The notes under the pieces: model-generated
What the model saw: the letters and a program-made list of their open reading frames with translations, nothing else
What the model was told of the DNA's origin: nothing
The model's database searches: none
Made by a program: the position numbers and the translations under genes
DNA from: Kudoa neothunni
Lineage: Eukaryota > Animalia > Cnidaria
Length of the DNA stretch: 64,000 nucleotides
Direction: 5' to 3'
NCBI GenBank assembly: GCA_964304625.1
Contig: OZ199840.1
Location: 6,699,252-6,763,251, forward strand
Shown here: positions 39,101-49,906 of the stretch, one piece after another
Numbering within the stretch: the stretch's first letter is position 1
How the letters are laid out: every line of letters starts with the position of its first letter

Positions 39101-39887
39101 GCAATTAAGCTACAAAATACATTTCATATATGCCGTACATAGGTGGTAAGCGCACTTAAATACTTAAACGAATTGAAAAATCCGGTTATTCACTACGACC
39201 TGAAACCCGCAAACATTCTCTTTACAGATATCAACAATTGGCACGTTAAAATTACCGATTTTGGTCTAAGCAAAATTATGCCTCAGAGTTTTCTGGATAC
39301 AGACATGTCTGGAATGGAACTTACGTCTCAAGGTGCTGGCACTTATTGGTATTTGCCACCAGAATGCTTCGTTGTTGGTCGAAATCCTCCCAAAATTACC
39401 TCCAAAGTTGATGTATGGTCGATTGGTGTGATTTTCTATCAAATGCTTTATGGCATCAAAGTATAATTCCAAAAATTATTGTTCGTCTGTAAGCTTTGAA
39501 TTTGTATTTTTAGCCATTCGGCCATAATATGACACAACCAGATATTGTTGAAAGCAAAACCATTCTTAATGCTCGTGTCGTTGAATTCAAACCTAAACCT
39601 ACCGTATCCAATGATGGAAAAGTATGTTTGATTACGTTGTTTCGATATTTTGATTAACTTGGCGACAGGATTTTATTCGACGATGTCTCACCTACTGCAA
39701 AGATAATCGACCTGATGTGATACAACTGGCAGAAGACTCCTATTTAACGATGAGCAAACGTATGTATACTTCAAACGAAAAATTACAATCACCAACAACA
39801 TCCAACACGAACACCTCTATTCCTAAACCGGTGTTGGCTGTATCCACCATCTTTACCAATGAACCTAATTCTGGAAGCAACCCCTAA
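30192..39887 (+). CDS. TLK: Tousled-like serine/threonine kinase (~16 exons)
   Basis: N-terminal KELLEMRL, coiled-coil motifs [20 protein letters not shown] and [16 protein letters not shown], and kinase motifs [64 protein letters not shown] and PFGHN. Approximate exons: 30192-30293, 30346-30414, 30477-30660, 30729-30919, 31028-31099, 31154-31290, 31336-31500, 31547-31687, 34439-34523, 34582-34673, 38810-38855, 38903-38946, 38993-39092, 39143-39460, 39514-39621, 39670-39887. Confidence 0.95.
32430..32950 (+). pseudogene. Tc1/IS630-like transposase relic inside a TLK intron
   Basis: Fragments [14 protein letters not shown] and [14 protein letters not shown]. Confidence 0.7.
32978..33238. mobile_element. 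hAT MITE inside a TLK intron
   Basis: CAATGTTTCCCAA ... TGGGAAACTCCG termini and an 8-bp TSD CCGTAGA(A/G) with central TA. Confidence 0.65.
35078..36677 (+). mobile_element. pogo-like deletion derivative inside a TLK intron
   Basis: TIRs CAGT(A/C)CAACAGG(G/A)CTC(G/A)TACGT with TA TSDs, and a relic FHVEA (cf. LHGEA) near 35925. Confidence 0.8.
35700..35882. mobile_element. hAT MITE (183 bp) nested in the pogo derivative
   Basis: CAGTGGTTCCC start and a perfect 8-bp TSD GTTTAAAG (35692-35699, 35883-35890). Confidence 0.8.
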
Positions 39888-40473
39888 CATAAACACGATT
39901 TATATCAATGGTTAATAGTATATTACTTCTGTGGTCGTAAACTCAATTTTTTCCTAACCTACAAACTTAATCGTTGTAGATTGTGGATAGATTGTAATGT
40001 TTGTGATAGCAACGAGTGTAGTTTTTTGTTATTGTTATGATGACTTATGAAAGTTGTTTCATGTTTATGAACTTTGTGAGAAAGTGATTTAATTTTGTGG
40101 GACGGCAACTGAATTTCTCATGCGACATATATTAATTATGAAATCACTTTTTTTGATATCTGTGTTGAATACTAAAATCATTAGTGAAATAATGTTTTAA
40201 TTTTATTTACACGTGTATAAATAACGATTTTCGAATTTTACTTGTATAAATTCGGCGGGCCAGTTCAACATCATTATAAACGTTAAATTTATCATAATTA
40301 TCCACTAATTCGGTACTAAATTAATATACTAGCGTAAAACCCTAAAGTTTTATTAAAAATTTGTCTGATTATTATGATAAGTAACAAAATACCCAACGTT
40401 TTCGATATTTGCAGAAAGACTTTTATGAAGATTAACAGGTATTCGTTTGAAAATCTACCATCTACTATATACA

Positions 40474-41600
40474 TTAGCGGGAACTGCCCAGCGTTGCTTC
40501 GAAGTGATAAGCACTGAAAAATTTCTTAATAACATTCAAAAAAGATATTAATATTTCAAATTAACCTATAGATTCAATCAAACTAAAAAAAAATTTTTTA
40601 ACATATATTTTAACGACTGTGAATATGAAATTTAAATTATGATCATTTCTGTGAAGGAATGTACCAACCCCAGCGTTCATTTAAAAATCTCGAGACCCGG
40701 TACCAACACTGAATAATTAAAGGTCAGCGTCGTAATTTTTTCATTCCAGAATTATTTAAATCACGTTAAAGTGTTGTCTAAAACGTTATTCTTTGATTCT
40801 TTGACCCCGTGGATTTTTATAAGTCGAATTCTGGTCCGGCTCAGAAAGTTTGTGCACCACTGTTTACGAGGGACAAATAAATAGAAAAAGATATGGAGAT
40901 GGAAATTAATTCTTATTGCTCAAATTATCCCTTGGCCCGATCCCGATAAGAGTTTTGCGCATTTTTAACCATAAACAGCCACAAATCGCGCCAACTTCAA
41001 TATAAACAATTTAAATAATTGGGTGAAATAAAATTACTACCATCTGCACTGAATTTAATCACGGGAAGTTAAACTTAGCGGACGATTTCGATAAAATCTA
41101 CGGACGCAGCATTTCCATTATAATGCTTCAATCAATGTAATTGTAACGTTCTCCACCAATTCGTTATTCATGAAACATATATATAGGTTTTTTATCATAT
41201 CTAAAACCATTAATAGAACTTAAAATATATTTATAAAGTCATATACGTTAAAACTCCACGAATAAGGAATGTACATGCGCGAACGCCTAAATTTACACAC
41301 TAAATTTATATAAAAAGTCAGATAGCAGCAGTTAATAAACATTTGACAGAGCTTATAAAGGGGAAAATTAACTTCAACCGACCATCAGCTGGCCATAAGC
41401 AGATGTTAATCCCATTGTTGAACTCAAGTAATCCGATAAACAAACTTTGAATCACAAAACCACTATTTTCTAAACACTTCTGGGAACATTTGATAATGTG
41501 AAAACGATTTAAAGATTTTTCGAAACATTGTGATATTTAAAAAATTTTGACGCACATGCGTACTTGCTGAAACACACTTAAGCTTTATATATACAGTAGA
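40474..41600 (-). mobile_element. Non-autonomous Helitron-like element (~1.1 kb)
   Basis: The minus strand starts TCTACTGTATATATAAAGCT and ends GCAACGCTGGGCAGTTCCCG-CTAA (CTRR). It sits between A and T with no TSD and is homologous to 22359-22460 + 26764-27744. Confidence 0.72.
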
Positions 41601-42426
41601 TATAGATAGATATTTTTCTTTTTTAATGGGAGATCAAATAACACACAACAATGTTATATCATTAGAATAACATAGATAGAAGAGGATAAATTCTTGTATA
41701 ATGATTATTCTTATGTAATGATCACAAATCTAATTCAAATAAATATTGGATACGTGAAAAACGTGTTAGAAACGGAAGTCTTATCATTTCACTGTTGTCA
41801 AATATCTTTTTTTTTCAAGAAAAATGCGATCATACCCACGTTGTCACATTTTATCATATTAAATGGGACTGTTATTAACGATATAATTAAAAAGTGTGAT
41901 GTAACTAAATAACATTCATCTAACAGGGCCTACTAAAAAGGAACATAAAATATTTTTATCAACGAAACGCATGAAATTCCAGTAAATATCATTTTAAAAA
42001 GAAAATACCAAATTAATACCATAAAACGATGACAAACATTATTCTAAATTTTATCTGGAATCAATATCGAAAAAATAGGATTAAAAATTACAATACTTTC
42101 AAATCATAATTTTAATTAGACATGAAACTTTCTTTTACTATTATTTTTTCCCATGCTCGGCTACTTCAGCTTTATATATATAGTAGATAGATAATCAATT
42201 TCTTCCTTGGCAAGACACATAAGAATCTTCTCTAAATCTTGAGGTCTAAAAGATGAATTTAAGGACTCTAAGCCTACCTAACATTTACACTATATTGTGG
42301 ATAAAAAATGATTGGTAGAGACTAATAACATAAATTCTAACAATTAGGCAAAAACCTGGAATAAGACATTGATAAAGCAAATAAAATCACAAACAAATGA
42401 ACAAAATAGGTCATAAACTAAAAAAC

Positions 42427-43746
42427 CTAAATTTTATCAGCGTTGAAGACTTTTTCATCTAACACGTGAAACCTAATGGTCCCAGATTCTGCACCACTCA
42501 CAAAGCTATAAAATTGTTAAGAAACACAAAATACAGCAAACAAATTACGAATCGCCATTTGGGTTGTATCGTAAACTATTTACAGGGCCAGCATGTCCAG
42601 GGACGTTTGCAAACTCAACGCCCGTAAGATAATTGAAGAAGCGATGTTGAGTCAAATGCTCAAATATATCTGTGGTAGTAATCTCGGAAGCGCTGACACC
42701 ACCAGCAAGTGCAATCTATGCACAAACAAAAAAATTACATTGGATATTTTATTAGTGCGGAAATACATGAGGTTTAGTAGGAGAAAAATCCGCAGTATTT
42801 ACACCTCTTGGAGTTTTAAAAACTTGTACCAAGGACATATCTTTCATATTCCATAACTAAAAATTCAAAAAAATTATAACAAACAGAAAAAAAATAAAAT
42901 AGTACTTTTGCTGTAGTATCCTCTGAAGAACTTATTCCAAACAACCCATCCGGCGATACGCTAAAATCATTGATACGCAAGGTGTGTGCTCTGATATTTA
43001 GCTTTATCGATTCCGTCTATAAATCACGAGAAGTAATTACAAAAATTAAGAACAGTTTTGTTCTTCACCTTCAAATCATAAAATTGGATAGTCCCATCAG
43101 ACTGGCAAAGAATAATAGAATCATCAAATGGACTCCACAACGAAAGGTTGTCTTAGCTTCATTGTTTGCAAGAACCAGACGTTTGAATTCTTTAGGGCTG
43201 TCTATATAAGTATAATAACAATGACGAATAGTCTAATACAAAACCTACTTATATCATGGTAAATAGTAAGCCATTTGGATTTGGAAGTTCCGTAATGTGT
43301 CATAAAGAATGATTTTCGATTTTTTGCTATGCCACAGGTGGTGATACTGCCCTCAGCTTCAGAACTCCAAAGCTTTTTCCCAGTCTCCACGTCAAAAATG
43401 AACGAAAGATAATCACTACCCGCGGTTAACATAAATCTACTGTCACCTATTACCAATCAGTATAAACTAATTATTGACAAAAAAACAAGTATTGAACGGT
43501 ACTGCTAACATCAATATCATTCAATGCACCCTCATGACCAACATAGTCTCCAAAGGGCTCAAATGATTCTGTTCTCCATGCTATTATTTGTTTGTACCTG
43601 GAACTTACAAAACACAAGTCGCCAGCAGTATTATGTTTAACTTTGGTAATGGGGCGCCCAAATGGTGCAAACTCATATGCATTCCTAAATAAATTTGATC
43701 GATAGTATATTTTAGCCAACTCAGGCAGGAAAACACATACAACCAT
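42427..43746 (-). CDS. EIF3I: Eukaryotic translation initiation factor 3 subunit I (WD40 repeat protein)
   Basis: Spliced peptides collinear with eIF3i: RPITKVKHNTAGDL, YVGHEGALNDID, FDVETGK, LWSP, HTLRIND..EDTTAK, VNTADFSP, LAGGVSASEITTT, RFF..EFANVPGHAGPVNSL.YNPNG, FVSGAESGTIRFH. Stop TAG at 42427-42429. The start is ambiguous and there is one apparent frameshift near 43143. Confidence 0.88.
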
Positions 43747-44399
43747 GAAGAAACAGCGTACAAAGTGTCTGGGTTGGTTTTCTCGCTGCGCTTGCGCATG
43801 AAGTGTAGCGTGGTGACGGAATTTGCGAAATTTCATTTATTTAATGAATTTCTTTGATTTCAAAAGATTTAATTTATTTTAAATACTTCTGTTGAAAATT
43901 TTCAGTTGTAAATGAGATCCACGCGTAGCATTGCCATCACAACAAAAGTTGTTTGACGTTGCAATAGTTTTGGGTCTTTAATAGTGGACAGCGTGCGACT
44001 TCTCCGGAGATTTAGGGCAATCCCAAAGAGACCAAATAAATGGGTGAAGAAATTTACGCAATTTTAGAGGCATGCTCTAAATTTGTCGGGGGATTGCTCC
44101 AGCATTTCGTTGCCTTTTCTAGTTGTTTCAACTAGCTGAAACCTATCGTAAATAAAATAATTCCGTCGTAGTTTCATTTCTTTATAATTGTTGGATCATC
44201 ATCAATCCCATCATTTACTTAGAATGTGCTAATTTCTTCTACAGTTTTGGTTTCCATTTTAAATGAATCAGATTAATAAGTACGGGTTTTGTTGCCAAAT
44301 TCTTATATATTGAATACGATTATATGTATCATTTAATAAACGTTGTTTAATATTTTATTGATCCGTTTATAAAATTTTAATCGCGTATTTTTTTAACCT

Positions 44400-45155
44400 A
44401 AGTCACTTGAAAATTTGCACCCTCCGAGTAACATTGGGATATTTTTACACCCCACATTTTTGTTGGATTAAACAATTTAGAATATAAAAATAATTATTTT
44501 TGGAAACTTTGAAAAATTATTGTCGATTAAATTTGAAACCTTAGACTAACATTTATAGCTAAGCATGAACAGCGCGTGCGTGTAAAATCAAAAGTTGTCA
44601 TCTGATGTAGAATGTGTATTGACAATACATTTACAAGATCCTATTTTCTAATTTGGAAAGCTTTTAAGTAGCATTAGAATTATTTTATTAAATATAAAAA
44701 CAGACGAATAACATTAATAATAAGACAACATTGACATAAAGTTATTGGCTATAACAACTAAAATAAACATGATTGGAACGGAATCTTCAGCAAGATGAAG
44801 CACAAATATCGTATTTTATTTTGGTTTTTCTATCATACGTCCTATCGAAAAATCGACATCTCCCACAACTACATTGTTCAATTATAACAGAGGAGTCTTC
44901 ATTTGTTGTCATATGTTGTTTCCGCTTCAAAAGTAGTCGATGTGTCAACTGGGTTGTCATCATTTTCAAAAATTCTCTCCTGAGTAAGTTTGAAGAAGTA
45001 AATAAATTTTTTGTATATACGAAACGCGTTAATCAGGCTAATATCAACCATTTTAAAGAAAACAATTAACGACCAACGACAAATTATTCGTCCCACATTT
45101 GTTGCTACCAATAATCTGGAAATTGTATCAACTCCACCCTTTACTACATCATAAT
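44400..45155 (-). mobile_element. piggyBac transposase C-terminal relic
   Basis: Y..VKGGVDT..VGRIICRWSLIVFFKMVDISLINAFRIY followed by Cys-rich GRCRFFDRTYDRKTKIKYDIC. Truncated by the hAT at 45156. Confidence 0.7.
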
Positions 45156-45437
45156 TAGGGAATGCCGTTTCCGACGTTTATTTTCAAAAAATTCGACGGT
45201 TTAAATCGACGTTTATGTCCCAATTTTAAGTAGTGCACATGCTCCTATAAAATATTCTGTGCAAAACAAAACAATACGTGGAAAAATGATATAATATTTA
45301 AAGTATTCTAAATCGTTCATTTGACAAATGCGTCCTATCTTGCGTTAATACATGTTTCATTCGGGAAAAATTACCTTCGACTGATGTAGCTGATAATGGA
45401 ATTGCATTCAAATCTTTACTGATTTTTGAAATAATTG

Positions 45438-45752
45438 TGTTTGTATCTTCGAGCGCAGGCGGTAAAAAGGAAAGAAATGACGATAACTCAAAAAGAGGGA
45501 ATAAATATATAATGGTAAACGCGATGTTATATGTGGTGAGGGGTGCCAAATACCGATTGCCGAATATATGTACCTTCATCTCTGGGTATTCCTATGTGAA
45601 TGTTACCCAGGTTCGAAGTGTATCATTTTGTGGATAACCCCATTACTCACCTATCAGCAATCGGAGTAGGTCCGCCTGATGATTCTGGTTCCCTTGAAAT
45701 CGTTAACGGTTTCTTTGACAGAAACCGCACGGTTTGGTCACGATACCCAACA
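45438..45752 (-). mobile_element. Solo LTR (315 bp) in the hAT coding region
   Basis: TGTTTGTATC...GATACCCAACA termini and a perfect 5-bp TSD AATTG (45433-45437, 45753-45757). Orientation is tentative. Confidence 0.8.
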
Positions 45753-47989
45753 AATTGGATGCGATTTACGATATGTTTCCCGAGAATTGCAAGAATCGGA
45801 TACATTACCTGTTTCAGAGCGCGGAAATGTTGAAAATTCACGCTGAAGATTTTCTTTTCCCGCTATGTTGCAAACGAATTGTGAAAAATCAAGATTTTGA
45901 ACAGTTTCGAAAAAGTGATTGGACGGAAAGGATGGCGTCTATTTGCACTCCCTCGGTGCATGCGGGGAGGATTAAAGCATTATCTCTATATGTGCTTTTC
46001 CTCTTATATTGGTTGTTGCAGAAAAGCACTAATAACCAAAAACGATAAATAATATTTTTTGAAAAATGACTAAAATAAAAATATTTTTTCTACTTTTTTG
46101 TTATCAACACAGTTTTTTAATTGTTTTAGTTTTCCTTTTATTTTAATGGAACGAAAACTGAAATCATACGAGTTGGAATTTTTTTCATTTGGTTGATTTA
46201 TGGAAAATGTGGTTTTATTCTCGTGCTGATCTTATAAGTTTTTTAGGCTCTTGTAAAATTCGTTTTATTGACTACCACCAAGTGTATTTAATTGATCCAA
46301 TATTTCCAAACATAATTTTTTGTTGTTTTTAAACTTTAATTTTAAATGTAATATTGGTTGGTAAAACATTCATGCCGATATTTTGTGAATCAATATCGGG
46401 GAAGTTTATAATTGTTGAAATATCGTCGTCTGTTTTATTATCATGAAACGTAATCATTGCTGAACAAGATACAATGTAAACAAAGAACAGGTTTTTTTAA
46501 GTTCTTAATTGATAATAATTTCAGATTTTGAGTCTCTAATTTGAGTTTATCAGCAGAAAAACTGAACAAACGATTTATTATTGCCAAAATATCATCATTA
46601 TCATCAATGTTGTTGTTATTAATAAGAATCAGACCATTTTTTTATAAATTATCACCATGGATGGTCTTACAATAATTGATTATTGAATTGACTTAGTAAA
46701 TTAACGTTGATTTTGACATAAATCTTTTATCTCGTGATGCTCTTGTTCAATCCTGCTATTTGTATTTGAACCAAATGTCAGAGCATTGAGACAATGAACT
46801 TGAGCCCAAATATTTTGAATATTAATCCAGTTTTTTTCCAAATATTGAAAATACATTGGATTTGTCGAATATAATTCGTTCAAATGAAGTAAAATGAGTC
46901 GGCACTTTCAAAATATATCAAATTTTTTATAGGATTTTTTAAATTATCAAATGAACAGAATCGTTTGTTGAATAAATCGCGGCCTTCTGAACTCATTACG
47001 CTCAAAACTAACAAACCGCACGAAGATATATTCATATGAGTTTTTCTTGTAATTATTATCTAATCATTTTTTAATTTAGAATACATGGAAGTTGGCATAA
47101 AATTGTTTCATGGAGTAAATATGATTGTAATTTTTGCGATAAATAATAATTGACGTACGGCTTTAAAAGTCAATCAAAAAATATTATTTGGGTAATGGTA
47201 TAGTATGCTGCTCCCAAAATTCGTCCCCTTGCGCATCTGTGAGTTTACCGACATTAGACTGATTCGAATATTTACAATTTTAAAATATGGTCCGTATACT
47301 AATAAACCACATAATTCAATTCTAAAAATTTGACCTAAATTCTCGTTCGGCCTAGCTCGGTCATCGCGCATGATTTTACGCATGTGGTTTCTATACTGGT
47401 TTCTTTACGAATTTAGTATTTATATCTGCCCCTATTTAATTTTTCTAACTAATTTAGTTGTCTATATCGATTATATTATAAATTATACTTATTGTCGTCG
47501 ATAATTATAATGAAATTAGATTTTTTTTAATTAAATACATTATAATAAGATGGTATTTCCGAGGTGAAGATATGCGATTCAATTTAAAATTTTCTAGTTT
47601 TTCCATTTTTTTAAAAACTATAAATAGTTGCTTATATCGAATATGGGGAAAACAAAGATGCCGTAACCAGTTTTCAAATGTTGCCTAACAATTTATACGT
47701 TTTTTTACAATAAATTTTCGTTTTATCAGCAATCGTTACTATATTTTCAGTATTATCCATAATTTTAAGGAGAAAAAACTATATTGTTTTATCTGATTCT
47801 ATATTACCCTAATACCTATTGGATACTAAAGGTAATTAAACAATCTTTTCGCGATGAACTACTAATTAAATATAATTTATTCGTTTGGTATTGTGAATAA
47901 TGTAAATGTTTGTATAGGTCATTTAATTTTAAATAATTCGATATAAATGAGTTCAGCGTATGTTATGGACACATCATCTTAAAAAACAT

Positions 47990-48156
47990 TGTTAGGGCAA
48001 GGAACCATCGTTCAAATATAACAATAATAATATAGAGGCTAATATAAGGGTGTTTATATAGTTAGCGCCAACTGTATATTAATACACATAGGTACCGACC
48101 AAGATAATGTGTGTCATTATATCTTTGACGCCGAAGACTAACTGTCAGCCCCAACA
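47990..48156 (-). mobile_element. Solo LTR (167 bp)
   Basis: TGTTAGGGC...GCCCCAACA termini, a perfect 5-bp TSD AACAT (47985-47989, 48157-48161), and TATATAAAC on the minus strand. Confidence 0.8.
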
Positions 48157-48554
48157 AACATCAACTCTATTAATATCTAAATCTGAGGTTTATAATCTGA
48201 TGCCCATAGAATTTTAATGGATGTTCTAAAACAATCAAAGGGTTTTTATTAATAATTTCAGCAAATTTGTTTTCCCCTTTTATTGCATAATTGCAATTAA
48301 ATTTTTGAATTTTCAAACTATTAATGTAATTAATACAAATATTACGTATGCCTTTGCGTTATCATTTGAAATGATTAATTATCATTTATTAATAATTTCC
48401 TCGTACTCTTAACTAATCTTTATAAATTTTTTCCCCCAAAACGAGAGTGATTTCGTAATTTATTTTATATTAACAAAATATTTTGAGAAATTATTGTGCT
48501 CGTTTACCAAAGGGGACAAGAATAAGCTCATTGAATATTTTATGAAATATATTA

Positions 48555-49906
48555 TAGGGTTTCTCATTTATACTCGGCATTATTGCAGTTAATCTCGGCA
48601 CCTTTGAGATTTAAATTAAGCGTATTCGCGGTTAGTCTTTAAATTTGTGTGAATGCGTAGAGATCATGAACCGGAGAAAAAAGATGTATTATATTTATTC
48701 CAATAACCTCAATAAAATTATTATTCGAGAATAATTTCAACTCTAGAAGACCTGGTGACGTAACCTAACATTTTGCGATAGAAACCGTCACAATGTTGGG
48801 ATGTGATTTCTTGGAAACACTCTTTTATCGCACTCTTCAACTCGTTTTCATTTTGACATTGCCTGTGGATAACTAGACTTTTCAAAACAGAGAATACATT
48901 CTCTATTGGATTCAGAAATGGACTATACGGAGGTAAATATCTTATCGTGAATTTTTGTTGAAGGATTAATTCTTTTAGTCACATATAATGATGTATTTTC
49001 GCATTGTCCATAACGAAAACAGGATTATCAATACCACTTGATACACAGCTGGATGTTAGTTCCTGTAGACAAATTTTAAAATCCTCACCTGAAACTGCTC
49101 GCTCGTGTATCTTACTATATATGATGCCTTTTATGTTGATTGCAACAACTACAGATATGTTTCTGCTTCTTGCTGCAGAAACAAAACAATATGTAGAAGT
49201 TCCTCTCAAAGAGCGACCTCTTTTAGGTCTTGTGACCACTGAAAATCCCAGCATATTCAATTCTCTTTTGAAGCGTCGTCTCACAATTTCTCCTCTCGGG
49301 GACCCTTACGAGGGATTTTAAAGTGTAATGAAATTTGCCGATAACTCTATCTATCGTGCTTAGGAACACTGTTATTCCAAACTCGTCATTCGATTTTTGT
49401 TTAAGTTCTTTCAACGTAATTTGAGAGTTGTCGTCCACCCACCTGATAATATTTTTCTTCTGATCAGGAGAGAGGAGCGAAGGTCTTTTTCCGCCTCTAG
49501 ATTTTGCATCTAGTGTTCCGGTTTCGCGAAACTTTGATAATATGGACCACACGGTGGATCTTGGTAGATGCATTTCGGAAGCAATGTAAGTATCACTTCT
49601 TCCACTTAAACAGAAATTAAACATTTGTTCTCTTAAGTCGGAAGAAATAGTTTTTCGCAGCTTTCTTTTTTCTTTGTGTGTTGGTATATTAGAAATTTCG
49701 ATATCATCAGATATGGAGGTCTCAGATTCAACGATATGATCCCTGTTATTAGGGTTCATCTGGTGAATTCAATCTCTTAATAATATAAAAAATAATTTAA
49801 CAAAAAAAACTTTTTTCAACTAACGCGAGATATTAAAAAATTTGAATACTACTGTTGAGGTGCTGAGATCGATTGCAAACGTGCCGAGTATAAATGAGAA
49901 ACCCTA
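48555..49906 (-). mobile_element. Tc1/IS630-like DD34E element with internal deletion
   Basis: Perfect TIR TAGGGTTTCTCATTTATACTCGGCA flanked by TA. Transposase ~48720-49759 has an HTH, RGGKRP and MDNAKIHH..YLPPYSPFLNPIE (D-34-E). The first catalytic D region is missing. Confidence 0.92.

Noticed and set aside
45670-45720. Hammerhead ribozyme-like core CTGATGA...GAAA followed by a hairpin, inside the solo LTR
   Set aside because: Stem II (TTCTGGTTCCCTT) cannot pair and no stem I partner is present.
47174-47383. Duplicated ORF pair MRKIMRDDRARP (also 50380..50613) as a gene family
   Set aside because: These are the two arms of a TIR read outward.
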